Assembly: GCF_009914755.1 (NCBI RefSeq)
Contig: NC_060928.1
Origin: the human T2T-CHM13v2.0 reference genome, Homo sapiens
Direction: 5' to 3' (one strand)
DNA: 64,000 nt
The position numbers and the translations under genes are program-made. Numbering within the stretch: position 1 is the first letter of the stretch; the number at the start of each line of letters is the position of its first letter. Below are positions 1 through 15,420 of this stretch, in pieces. The notes below the pieces were generated by a model that made no database searches, was not told the DNA's origin, and was given only the letters and a program-made list of their open reading frames with translations.

Positions 1-1721
<1,721 letters not shown>

Positions 1722-1783
1722 TATGACGTTGGCTGGTTATTTTGCTCATTAGTTGATGCAGTTTCTTCCTAGCATTGATGTCT

Positions 1784-2800
1784 TTACAATTTGTCATATT
1801 TTTGCAGTGGCTGGTACTGGTTGTTCCTTTCCATGTTTAACGCTTCCTTCAGGAGCTCTTGTAGGGCAGGCCTGGTGGTGCCAAAATCTCTCAGCATTTG
1901 CGTGTCTGTAAAGTATTTTATTTCTCTTTCACTTATGAAGCTTAGTTTGGCTGGATATGAAATTCTGGTTTGAAAATTCTTTTCTCTAAGAATGTTGAAT
2001 ATTGGCCCCCACCCTCTTCTGGCTTGTAGAGTTTCTGCTGAGAGACCTGCTGTTAGTCTGATGGGCTTCCTTTTGTGGGTAACCCGACCTTTCTTTCTGG
2101 CTGCCCTTAACATTTTTTCCTTCATTTCAAATTTGGTGAATCTGACAATTATGTGTCTTGGAGTTGCTCTTCTCGAGGAGTAACTTTGTGGCGTTCTCTG
2201 TATTTCCTGAATCTGAATGTTTGCCTGCCTTGCTAGGTTGGGGAAGTTCTCCTGGATAATATCCTGCAGAGTGTTTTCCAACTTGGTTCCATTCTCTCCA
2301 TCACTTTCAGGTACACCAATCGGATGTAGATTTGGTCTTTTCACATAGTCCGATATTTCTTGGAGGCTTTATTCATTTCTTTTTACTCCTTTTTCTCTAA
2401 ACTTCTCTTCTCACTTCACTGCATTCATTTGATCTTCAATCACTGATACCCTTTCTTCCAGTTGATCAAATTGGCTACTGACGCTTGTGTATTCATCACG
2501 TAGTTCTCGTGCCGTGGTTTTCAGCTCCATCAGGTCATTTAAGGACTTCTCTACACTGGTTATTCTAGTTAGCCATTTGTCTAATCTTTTTTCAAGGTTT
2601 TTAGCTTCTTTGTGATGGGTTTGAACTTCCTCCTTTAGCTGGGAGAAGTTTGATCGTCTGAAGCCTTCTTCTCTCAACTCGTCAAAGTCATTCTCCGTCC
2701 AGCTTTGTTCCATTGCTGGCGAGGAGCTGCGTTCCTTTGGAGTGGGAGAGGTGCTCTGATTTTTAGAATTTTCAGCTTTTCTGCTCTGTTTTTTCCCCAT
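1784..2800 (-). pseudogene. ORF1: L1 ORF1, full-length 338-codon frame with two premature stops
   Basis: ORFs 2411-2800 and 1784-2344 share one frame (1017 nt total). In-frame stops are TGA at 2413-2411 and TAA at 2371-2369. Confidence 0.95.
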
Positions 2801-3823
2801 CTTTGTGTTTTATCTACCTTTGGTCTTTGATGATGGTGACATACAGATGGGGTTTTGGTGTCACATCCTTTCTGTTTGTTAGTTTTCCTTCTAACAGTCA
2901 GGACCCTCAGCTGCAGGTCTGTTGGAGTTTGCTGGAGGTCCACTCGAGACCCTGTTTGCCTGGGTATCAGCAGTGGAGGCTGCAGAACAGCGAATATTGC
3001 TGAACAGCAGATGTTGCTGCTTGATCGTTCCTCTGGAAGCTTCATCTCAGAGGGGTACCCAGCTGTGTGAGGTGTCAGTCTGCCCCTACTGGGGGTGCTT
3101 CCCAGTTAGGCTACTCGGGGGTCAGGGACCCACTTGAGGAGGCAGTCTGCTCATTCTCAGATCTCAAACTCCGTGCTGGGAGAACCACTACTCTCTTCAA
3201 AGCTGTCAGACAAGGACATTTAAGTCTGCAGAGGTTTCTGCTGCCTTTTGTTCGGCTATGCCCTGCTCCCAGAGGTGGAGTCTACAGGGGCAGGCAGGCC
3301 TCCTTGAGCTGCGGTGGGCTCCACCCAGTTTGAGCTTCCCAGCCGCTTTGTTTACCTACTCAAGCCTCAGCAATGGTGGGCACTCCTCCCCCAGCCTCGC
3401 TGCCACCTTGCAGTTCGATCTCAGACTGCTGTGCTAGCAATGAGCGAGGCTCCATGGGCATGGGACCCTCCCAGCCAGGCGCAGGATATAATCTCTTGGT
3501 GTTCCATTTGCTAAGACCATTGGAAAAGTGCAGTATTAGGGTAGGAGTGACCCAATTTTCCAGGTGCCATCTGTCACCCCTTCCCTTGGCTAGGAAAGGG
3601 AATTCCCTGACCCCTTACGCTTCCCGGGTGAGGTGATGCCTCGCCCTGCTTTGGCTCATGCTCAGTGGGCTCTACCCACTGTCCTGCCCCCACTGTCTGA
3701 CGAGCCCCAGTGAGATGAACCCGGTACCTCAGTTGGAAATGCAGAAATCACCTGTCTTCTGTGTTGCTCACACTGGGAGCTGTAAACTGGAGCTGTTCCT
3801 ATTCGGCCATCTTGGAACCACCC
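2801..3823 (-). promoter_or_regulatory. L1 5'UTR with internal sense promoter (YY1 site CAAGATGGCC near 3804-3813) and antisense-promoter region
   Basis: Position upstream of ORF1. The YY1 motif is visible at the 5' end. Activity is not shown. Confidence 0.75.
3373..3636 (+). CDS. ORF0: L1 antisense ORF0 homolog, open, 87 aa (expression unknown)
   Basis: MVGTPPPASLPPCSSISDCCASNERGSMGMGPSQPG... matches primate L1 ORF0 (MAGAPPPASLPPCSLISDCCASNQRDSVGVGPSEPG...). The ATG is in GCAATGG context. Confidence 0.55.
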   Translation: MVGTPPPASLPPCSSISDCCASNERGSMGMGPSQPGAGYNLLVFHLLRPLEKCSIRVGVTQFSRCHLSPLPLARKGNSLTPYASRVR

Positions 3824-4999
3824 TTTAAAGGTTGCTGAATTTTATGTAATGAAAATATCATTAGAATATCAGATGTAACTCATAATTTAGTACTTTTTGT
3901 AAGCATAGCAAAAAGTATAAAATAAATATCAATTTATTTGAATATTTAAATTTGTTTCTCCTATTGATATTGTTGATTTGCTCGTCCACTTGAAAGAGGC
4001 AGGAATCATCACTGTAGTATTCAAACCATGAGTGTTATAGTGGTTTACAAGAATTAGGAATGAAAGGAAAAGAAAATATGTACAAAACTTAGAGAAAATG
4101 GTAGGAGACATACCCTTGGATGGACACCATCTTAATATTTGGAATGTTACTGTAATCCTACAATTCATTTAAAAAATATTTTACATAGATCTCGTGCAAG
4201 CTTGAAAGTAAGAAAAGTGCAGATTTTTTAAAAATTTCTATTATCAGAAAGAGTTCTTTAAGTTAAAATAAGAACAAAAACACATGGAAATATGAAGTGA
4301 AGAAATTTGGTAAAAATTTAGCATACATAAAATCTAGGTAATAATTTGAACATAACCCATTAGATTATTGTTAATTTATTTTCCAAGATAACATTAAATT
4401 ACTGCATCTCTGATTACTAAGATTTGGTTAATTTATTTTTTATTTTCATGCTATTTTCAAAGACATGAAAAGAATCTACAAATTTTAGCCATTAGTACTA
4501 TCTTTCTATTTAAGAGATGCTAACTGATAACAAAATAAGGTCTGATTGGCATATTTCTGCATATTTTACGTCATATTTCAGTAACTGTGCTAAAGAATGA
4601 TGCAATATCATAAAAGATAGTAGCAAGATTGAAAAAAGCTAAATTATATCATAAATCACAAATGAGGGTGAGTTGTCATTTCTATAACTACTAAGAAATA
4701 TCCCGATCTGGAAAAGCTAAAGATTTAGCTATTGCTAAAGATTTTGGGTAAGAAAAATTTACTGTATTGTCATTGACCTAATGAGGATCACTGATTCATT
4801 AAAAAGTAAGTAAACATCTCTGGAACCCAGATTTTTATCAACCATGACCTTTGGCCTAAATTTGTGAATGCATTCAATTCACTATGTTGCTTTTGGCAAG
4901 CGAAGACACAATAGCTAAATTCTGACACGTTATGCATAAAGAGAGCCTTTCTTTCTTTTTCTTTTTTGACCACATCTTCTAAACTTAACAAAGTCTCTC

Positions 5000-5100
5000 T
5001 CTATATGTAGTCTTATATTATATATATATAATATAAAGTCTATATACTATATATAACATAGTCTTTTATATAGAATATAAAGTCTATATATTATGCATAT
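5000..5100. repeat. TA-rich low-complexity tract
   Basis: (TA)n runs with repeated AATATAAAGTCTATATA. Confidence 0.7.
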
Positions 5101-5104
5101 GTAA

Positions 5105-5410
<306 letters not shown>

Positions 5411-7716
5411 CCAGATATATATTTTTAAATCTCACTCCTTCAAGGAACTTTACTCAGTTTACATATTGCGAACATCTGTCCTTGGTGGTATTATTCTCTG
5501 CTTTCTCCCTCCTATCCTTTTCCTGCATAAATAGTATTGCTCTTCACATAGTATGTAGATTAGATACTATCTTTTTTTAAGGCAGTTTACTTATTTGAGA
5601 GAAAGAGACATGCTATATTCATATAATATATCTGATGTATAAAACTCATAAATAAGGTTTGCCTTACTTTAAGACTTAGATTTATTGGGGGAACCAGATA
5701 TCCTAATGACTGTCAAGTTTTAAATTTTATGATTCCTCTCTCTGTCTTAAATTCCAAATCCACATTTCCCTGAATCTACTTAACTATATGATTATGTCTC
5801 ACAAGCAGTTCACACTCAATGCATAGCTATATGTATTATCTTGCTTCCTATATACAAGTGAGTACAATCATTATAATACAACTTTCTAAATGTCTACTTT
5901 AACCTATTTTACAAATCTGAAAAATCATAATAATAACACCTATCTTCTAAATTTGTGAGAATTATATGAACTAATATGTGTACAGTGCTTTGTAGAGACC
6001 AGCGATTTTCAGAATTATTTTTATTGCCCCCTTTAGCAACGTGTTCTTGGTTACTATATTTATATTTCCTTCCTGTCTCTCAAATTTTTTTCCATCTCTC
6101 TTCTTCTTCCTGCCACTTCCTTGGTTATGTTTTCTCATCTACATTATTTCACAAACCACCTACCTTATCTTTTGGCCTGCAAACCAGACCATACCCTGTA
6201 TGCTCAGCGTATCCTCTACGCTGCGGGAAGAGTGACAGCAAGAAAGTTAAATGCTGATTTTATCACCATGATTCTTCAAAATCCCTCAACTGTTTGCAAA
6301 AATAAAAGATAACACCCATTGTCGGTAAGCATGCTAGAAAATGGCATCTCACATGCCATCATAGGCATGAAAATTGACATTTTTTCAGAAAGCGACTTGC
6401 CTCTATACCAAACCCTTTCAATAGTACTTCTTGCTTGACCCAGCAGTGCCACTTACATGTATAATCCTGAACTAAAGGAGAAAATGTGCTCTGGATTTCT
6501 GGCAAAGCTTCCTTTAAGAGCAAAACCCTTTTTCAACAAGTGGTCATACGCTAGGAGAAAAACAATAGGAAATAATAATAATAAAAAAGAGAACTACCTT
6601 TATTGGTGCCAAGAGTAGAAAACAACAATCACATACCATAAAATCAAGGAAATATCATCCAAATCTAGGGAAAATTTAATTATCCAGAAGGCACCAAGAC
6701 TGAGAAAAGAATGCATCATTGTGGAAAATAAGTGGAGAACATTTTGGTGACAGTTGGGAGAAGTATCGTTGGTCCCAGCTGACTTGGGGGACAGTCTCAT
6801 TTGCTGCCCATGGCCTCAGATCAGTATCACTGCAAGGCTGTTAGAAGCACGGCTGTGGAATAAAGCATGTAGTCAAGCCACACAATTCTTTGCTGACAGA
6901 ATTTGAAGTAGGTTTAATTTTCTTCTCTATGTTTTCCCCATTTTCAAATTTCCAAAGATGAAAAATTAATTTGACAGCAAAAAAACAAAAAACAATAAAA
7001 ATAATGGTGGCTTCTTAATTCCTTATTTTAATGGGCAAAGTTATTCCCTCTCTGTTTATACTCCAGATATTCCACATGTGCTAAAACATTTAGAAATCTT
7101 CTAAAATACGATATGTTCTTTTTCCCTTCCATATCTTTGCAACTACTTTCCCCTGCAACCGTCTAGGGAGTTCCTTGTAATTATATGTCACTCAACTGAA
7201 AATTTACCTTCTTTATGAAATATTCTGTGATGTCTGTGTGCATGATTACATATTTCCACTTTTGTGTTCCCACTGTACTCTGTCAGCATCTAAGTTGTGG
7301 TACTCACCACACCAGTAAATTTCTGTGTACATTTCTCTCTCCTGTACCATGAGAGCTCTAGGACTGCAGGAATTGTTATTTTAAACTTTGTATGGAATTT
7401 AGTAAATGCTTATTGAATCAACTCATAAGAAAATTGGATGCTAATATTTTACTTTCTTCAGTTTCCTCATTGGGTTTAGTGGAGAAATTTCTCACAATAT
7501 TGCCTGAAGGACAAGTTTGAGTACAGGTACATTATTCTTACATATTTTTTCTTTTTATATTTGTCATTATATGTCCATTTCCAGTGAATAAGTGTTTAAT
7601 TACATTTGTTCATTCCATATTCACATTCCATTTACTGTTCAGAATGTGGAGATCATGTTTCTTGTGTTTGACTTGCTTCACACATGGGAGAAGTTGCATG
7701 CATGTGAATTCACTTA

Positions 7717-8060
<344 letters not shown>

Positions 8061-9228
8061 TCATTCCATCAAAAATAAAAATTATTAGAGTTACTAATTG
8101 TATTATTTATCAGATGTGGAAGCAAAAGGATTTTCAATTCACTGTGCAGAGGAGGTATGCTTATAGAGACTCAAGAAAACAATCTGATTGTTTTAATTTT
8201 TCTCTAAGCTCGCCTGCCAAAAAAAGAATTCTGATCTGGCTCTTAGATTTTAGTAGATTAAATTTATGGAAAACAGGAATATGGTCCTATGCAAAATGTT
8301 CCGGTAAAAGTTTTTATGCTGATATTGAGTGAATTTTAAGCTTATTTAGTCTAAAGTAAACCACTAAGTTTTTTCCAGAACCTCAACTAAACCCAAATAT
8401 TTGGAGAAAAAAAAGGAAGCAAAAACAAATGTTCAATTGTATGACAGAAGTTAATTTCAAAAATGAATGATGAAAGATGTTGACTTTTTTCTGTTATAAC
8501 AACATATAACATATAATATTATAGCAGTAATATTATAATGACATAATTGTTTTCATTTCTTTTAACAAAATCATTAAATTGGTCCTTTCCACGCTTTACT
8601 ACAGACTCTTTCAATTGTCTTCCATTTCTTTGACAAGCTAGAAGGGTCTAGATGTTTCTCATGTGGTGAGCCCTGTCAAACACTTTTAAGTTTGCATTTT
8701 TTTCCAGATAAATGTAACAATACCCATAAATCACACTTATTTGGATTCTTATCTAATATTGCATTGCAATAATTGGAAATAAGGCAAAAGCTTTTTGGAA
8801 GGTATGCAACACTTTACTCTCAAACCTCAGATAAAATCTAAAACCTGTGTGAGACTAAACTGAAAAGAGGAAGAGGGAAAGAAGGAAACATATTCAATGG
8901 AGGACACTGTGCTAAAATGTAATTTTACATTTCCATTGAATCCTATTTTATCAAAACCTGCATTTTTAGTTTTAATTTTGATTCATAGTGTGATTTGGGA
9001 ATCATTGAAATGACACATGTTAAAGATTACAATACAAATAACACAATTTGCACTTCCAGTTTGCAGAATTTCCGATTTGGCAGTTTGCCAGCTCTTTGAA
9101 TCTAAGAGAAACAGGGAAACAAAATTTCTGCAGAAGTGTTACTTCTTTCCAAAACATGATCCAGACATTCATAGAACCATTGAATTCGCTATTGCTATTC
9201 TGACTACCGGAGAAATACAACCTTTTTG

Positions 9229-9229
9229 C

Positions 9230-9261
<32 letters not shown>

Positions 9262-9265
9262 GTGT
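9229..9265. repeat. (TG)n microsatellite
   Basis: Seen directly in the sequence. Confidence 0.9.
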
Positions 9266-9705
9266 CATGTGACATTTGGCATTGGGGCTGGTGGAGGAAG
9301 ATAAAACAAAACTGCATGTCTTGCCTGTTTTTCTGTTGAGTCTGACATCTGAGGTGTAAATTCAACAAAAATTAGACATCTCCTTAGATAAGATGACTCT
9401 AAATAAATATTCTATTTATAGTTCTCTGCTGACATAAATATAGCTTGCTTAATCATGCACGTATCCTGGAATATGTGTAAAGCCAATTTTGCTAAAGTGA
9501 TTAATTTGTAGACTGTGTATTTTTTCTTATGTGTTCCTTGAGTCAATGAGTTAAATAATGGGATATGCTGTGGGCATGTCACAGTCTGACTCAGTGACTC
9601 ATGTGCTGGCAGTGGCCACGTAAATAGAGCTACTGTGTCTGAAAGCAATGGGTAGCTAGAAACCTTTTTGACAGCTCATATGAAAACTTAAAGAATTTCA
9701 AAACA

Positions 9706-9863
9706 GGCTGGGTGTGGTGGCTCATGCCTGCAATCCCAGTACTTTGGGAGGCTGGGGTGGGAGGATCATTTGAGCCCAGAATCTTGAGACCACCCTGGGC
9801 AGCCTCGCAAGACCCTATCTCTGCATGTAAAAACAACAACAAAAAATTATAATAGTAATAAAA
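9706..9863 (+). mobile_element. FLAM / Alu left monomer
   Basis: Single Alu monomer with an A-rich tail. TSD AAGAATTTCAAAAC / AAGAAGTTCAAAAC. Confidence 0.9.
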
Positions 9864-10359
9864 AAGAAGTTCAAAACGAAAAATATTTGCAAGGATTTTG
9901 TTTCTGGGTTTTTTGATTTTGTTATTAGATTTTTAATTAAAATAGAATAAAAACCTGAACTTCAAAATCAAGATCTGCTTATTTGGAAATTTTGTCTGTT
10001 ACTCAAGTCTGTCCTTTTAATTTTTCAGAATAAATTAATATTATCTATTTCTAGATCTACATTGCAGTTTCTTCCAGATTAATAACAGTATATTTAAAAA
10101 TTATTTTTCAACAGAGCAGTGTACCTTTGCCAGGCTGTAGTCCGACATGATAAGATAATGGAATCGTATGTTAAGCAGACTATCATCTTGATTCCAAGAA
10201 TTCATCTAGGAAAATTACTTAACAATTGATGATTTTGAATTATTTATCCTGAGAGATTTTGCCAAATCCCAAAGTAAAAATCATTGGAATTACTAATAGT
10301 ACTAGCAAGCATATGTACTACATAGGGTGCTAGGAAACCTACTAGCTTTCTAGCCTTGT

Positions 10360-10580
10360 TGACTAGGTTTAGAACCTCACCTCTGCCAGTTACAAACTAC
10401 AAACTGTGTGAAGTTAGGTCTAAGTTCTTTACCTTCTTTATCTTCAGTTCCTTATTTATAAATAGATAAAGTACTAATCATACCTATAGGATTTTTTAAG
10501 ATCAAAAAACAGAATGCTATTTTTAAAATTTTCCTTACACCATACCTAGCATAAGTAAATCCTCAATTTATAGTAGTTTC
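10360..10580 (+). mobile_element. MIR SINE (degenerate)
   Basis: MIR core-like CTCTGCCAGTTAC...TGTGTGAAGTTAGG...CTTCAGTTCCTTATTTATAAA. Confidence 0.55.
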
Positions 10581-10726
10581 TGCTATATTTTTAAGCTCAT
10601 AAACAAAAGGACATGATGCAGTTACACCTATTAATACTAGATGGATCAATAAAAACAGGTATTTTAGCAAATATAAAACTTCAATAATGAAAATCATATA
10701 ATGACTGAAGAGTGTTAGTTTTATGA

Positions 10727-10930
10727 TTTTTTTTCTTTTCTTTTATTTTCTTTTTTTTTTTTTTGGAGACAGGGTTTCACTCTGTTGCTTAGGCTGGAAT
10801 GCAGTGGTGCAATCACAGCAGGGTCTCACTGTGTTGTCCAGGCTGGTCTTGAACTCCTGGGCTCAAGTGATCCTCCCACCTTGGCCTCCCAAAGTTCTGG
10901 GATTACAGGTGTCAGTCCCTGTGCCTGGCC
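10727..10930 (-). mobile_element. AluJ with internal deletion
   Basis: The right-arm end is joined at CACAGCAGGGTCTCAC directly to the left arm. The middle ~110 nt are absent. Confidence 0.88.
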
Positions 10931-11229
10931 AGTTTTGTTGTATTATTGTTGTAAACATTTTGGCAATACTGGGACAACTTAATTTATCAAAAATCAACAA
11001 AATGTTTTAAGAGCTCTGTATTGTTTTTGGCTCAATTAATTTGGCTTAAAAGCAAAAGATTGAGTTACCTGGATATGTTTAATTCTACCATAAACTTATT
11101 TCATAAGGATCTGTGGGGAAGCTTTGTAAATTTTTGTTTCCAGTTATCTAACTTCAGAGATTATTTTTTTAAAAGGAAAATATCAGAATTTTCTATTTTT
11201 AATAAAGTAGAACAAGAATTTTTTAAACG

Positions 11230-12190
11230 TTTTATTTTACCATAATTTCAAGTTTTACAGAGAGATTATCCGAATAGAACAAATGATCCTCATTTTATTC
11301 TTTACCTAGATTCACAAATTATTAACATTTTTGCTCTGGTTGCTTTATCATTTACTCTCTTAATAAACATTTTTTAACCTTTCGAACAGTGTGTGTTTCC
11401 TAAGAAAAACACATTCTCTTGAATAACTAGTAAAATTACCAGAGTAAAAAAATATATATACCATTTATATAATAGGAATACCTCTTCCAGAGCCAATATT
11501 CAAATTTAGTCCATTATCCCAACAATGTCCTGTGTTTTTTTTCCTGGTCTAAAATTTAACTCAGTGGTAAGAATTGTGCTTAATCATCATGTCCCTGGAG
11601 TGTTTTTAATCTAGATTAAATCCTCAGTCTTTTCCCTTATAACCTTGGCAGCTTGGAGAGTACCTGTTATTTTGTGGAATGTCACTCAGTTTGGGTCTGT
11701 CTGATATTTCCTCTGTTTAGAACCAGGTCATGCATGTCAGATAGGGAAACAGACATGAGACTGTACTCTTCTCAGCACATCACATCAGCAGGCAACATGA
11801 TGCTGGTCTGTCCCATGATTGGTGATGTTAGCTACGATTGATTGGCTAAGATGGTTCTGCTAGGTTTTTCCACTGCAAATTTTTTATTTTCCCCTTAGTA
11901 ATTTATAATTAATTTGTGGAGAGATACTTTGAAGATACCTAAATCTTCTTTATTCCCCAAACTTTGACCTACTCATTTAAGTACTCATTGATAATTTTTG
12001 CTTACATCAATTTTTATTGTAATAGTTCCAAAATGGTGATTTTCTAAGTCTACCATCCCTTCTACATTTATTAGTTGACATTCCACTTAAAGGGATAAGA
12101 TTCCCCCAGTACTAATTTAGTTTTTGTTCATTTATTTAGATTTGGATGGATTAATTGATTCTTAGAGAACTCAATGATTAATAATCCATC
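11230..12190 (-). mobile_element. Old L1M (L1MC-like) 3' fragment
   Basis: ATAATTTCAAGTTTTACAGA...TTTACCTAGATTCACAAATTATTAACATTTT and TTTTGTGGAATGTCACTCAGTTTGGGTCTGTCTGAT are typical of L1MC 3' ends. Confidence 0.6.
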
Positions 12191-12694
12191 ACCAGGATTA
12201 TTATCAGGACTCTTTGAGCTATCTCTTCCTGGGGTTGGCTTTAACTCAATTGTCCCTTATCTTTCTTGTGCATTTTTTCAGAACCCCTTTTCTTTGTGGG
12301 AATGACTTCAGAAGAGCTTCGAAAGTTAGCTATGCTGGAATTTGGTGCTTATTTTTATACCTATGGGTAATTTTCACTTGTAATATTTTTCTGTCTTCTA
12401 ATTTTGCCAAAGGTGAGAATTTTGTGTGGTTTTATTCTTGTTGCTTAGAGGTTGTTTGAGGAGATTTGGGTTCAGGCAGCTGTTATTCATATACCTCAGC
12501 TGCTCAGGACTCTTGGATGCAAAGACTTTCACCATCTGGCTTAACAGTTCCTTTAACGAGGAGGAATCGTCTTGTTTGTAAACTAACGTGAGAAACTATA
12601 TTTCAGTATAATGTGAAAACTTAACAGCATGGGTTATAAGAAAATAAAAATGAAGAAGAGCTATATTCTTTGTGAAAGTGATGAACAAATATTA

Positions 12695-13113
<419 letters not shown>

Positions 13114-13281
13114 TCAAATAAATGTAAACAGTGAGAAAGTATAATATTAAATTTTAAAATTTCAAAGGCCATGTAAATACATTTATGTATCATTTCAAAT
13201 CATAAGGTAAATGTAACACATGAACAAATATTATGGGTGAGCTGTTTATAGGTTATTCAGAGGAATAAGGTTGCTTTTCAT

Positions 13282-13791
13282 GTCCTGGTTGTCACAGAGC
13301 AGAGGGCAGGAGAATAGTTATAGGGGATCAGATGCCAATGACATCAGTAGTCTAGTGGAGGCAGGCAGGCAGAGCCAGAGTAACCATGAAGATATGAACC
13401 CCAAGGAATTCTCAGAAATGTTGATAAGGGTACTAGATTTCCCATAGAACATGGGATAGAGTTTTTGAATTGTGGGTTTAGAGGAAGCAGGCACGAGCTG
13501 CATGTAGTCTACACTGTGACTGAGAGATGGTCATTGCGCCATATATGTATGAACAGTCCAGGCAGGGTCAGAGAGCAACTCAAGTAGGTGGTATATAGCT
13601 GTCCTACAGGAAGGTGTTCCCTAGGAGGTCGTTGTGCAAGGTAGATATCTGGATCAACCACACTAAAGAATTAGGAGAAAGTGGGCAACTGGAAACTGTG
13701 TCAGGGGTGACTAAGCTCTGCTTCTAGTGTAAGTCCAACTTATATTTTGAAAGGATCGTGATGCAACATAACATTGTAAGAATCTACTACA
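13282..13791 (-). mobile_element. ERVL-class solo LTR (MER54/MER74/LTR53-group-like)
   Basis: Minus strand starts TGTAGTAGATTCTTACAATGTTATGTTGC...AGAAGCAGAGCTTAGTCACCCCTGACACAGTTTCCAGTT. Confidence 0.5.
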
Positions 13792-14149
13792 GTATTACTT
13801 AAGTTTCAGTTTGTAGGCATAGTTTTGATCTTGTCATTCATCAAAGACATTTGTACTCATGTGAATGTTTTGATTTATTAAACATGCCTTCCTAATTAAG
13901 ATAGTCCAACTATGCAGTAAATACTTGAATCCTACTATTCCTCTTTGTTTTGCGAGCATTCTCAAAATCAAATTCTTTACCTGTTCCTAAGATTTGTGCA
14001 TTTATAAATGACCAAAGTCCTATGGTGTTTTGGGTGTATAATCTTCCCCTTTGCAGTTTTGGTTCTGTAATTGGCCTTCTGGAGAATACATTTATATATT
14101 CAACACATATCTGTGAAGTGCAGGAGTAATGCATGGAAAGAACATGTGA

Positions 14150-15420
14150 GGGATATATGTGTGATATTTTCCATGGAGTGGTCAGAAAAGCTCTCACTGA
14201 GAGAATGGGAGTTTTGAGTTAAAAAAACGAATAGGAAAGAAGCAAGGCAATTAGCCATACACATATCTGGGAAAAGAGCATCCTAGGTAGAGGAAAATTC
14301 ATATGCAAAAGCCCTGAGTAATTTAGGAAAACATTAAACAGGCCAATATGCTTTAAGTAAAAAGAGTGACAGAGAAATAATAGGACATGAAGTTTGAAAG
14401 CTAATGGGGACCGGAGCATGTAAGGGCTTGTAGGTGCTGGTAAGGACTTTAGCTTATATTCTTCTTGAGACAGGAAGACATAGAAATGTTTTAAGTAGGG
14501 GAGTGGCATCATCTCATTTATATCTCTCAGGATCATCATTTTGGCTACTCTTCTGAGGCTAGTGCGTTTGGAATGGTGGCGGGAACTGGAGAGGCAGTAA
14601 AGCAGGCCAAGCTCAGGATTGTGGAGAACACTGGGAGGTTATCACAAAAATTCTATAAAGGTATTGTGGTGTCCTGAACCAGTATGATGGCAAGGAAGGT
14701 GATTAGAAGTGCCAGATTCTGGATATATATTGAAAGTAGAATTCCCATGTGGGATGTAATAGCAAGAGAGGAGTCAAAAATTACTTCAAATTGACTGAGG
14801 AGCTTAAAAAAGGATGAATTTATTTACTGAGAAGGGGAAGACTGTATGAGGAGCTACTTTAGTAGGAATTATCCATTTGGATTTGGACATAATAGGTTTG
14901 AGATGCCTGCTGGATAAGGAAATGTCACTGTGGGGTGTGGTGGCTCGCACCTGTAATCCCAGTGCTCTGGAAGGCCTAGGTGGGAGGATTGCTTGAGCCC
15001 AGCAGATCAAGACCAGCCTAGGCAACATAGGGAGATCCTGTCTCTACAAAAAATTTAAAAATTAGCTGAGTCTAGTGGCACATACCTATGGTCCCATCTA
15101 CTCAAAGGGAGGCCTAGGTGGGAGGATAACTTGAGCCTGGGAGACAGAGGCTTCAGTGAGCCAAGATTGCACCACTGCACTCCAACCTGCATGGCAGAAT
15201 AAGACCTCATCTCAAACAGAAAAATTGGAAATGTCAAGCAGGAAGTTATGAGTATATGAGTTTGCAGTTAAACATGCTGATAGTATTTAAAGGCAGGAGA
15301 TAGGGATCCCTTAGGGAGTGAGCGTAGGTAATAAAGAGAAAAGAGTTAAAGACAGTGCGTGAGACACTCTAATATTTAAAGGGTGAGGAGACAAAAAGGA
15401 GCATAGTGATATCCTGGGAT
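14150..15420 (-). mobile_element. L2 LINE fragment, interrupted by AluJ
   Basis: L2-typical GGTCAGAAAAGCTCTCACTGAG...GGGAAAAGAGCATCCTAGGTAGAGGAAAA...GATTCTGGATATATATTGAAAGTAGA. Confidence 0.7.
14929..15226 (+). mobile_element. AluJ SINE
   Basis: Full dimer. TSD GGAAATGTCA at 14918-14927 and 15227-15236. Confidence 0.93.

Noticed and set aside
3824-3843. Possible L1 target-site duplication (minus strand AAAATTCAGCAACCTTTAAA)
   Set aside because: The L1 3' end is outside the window, so the second copy cannot be checked.
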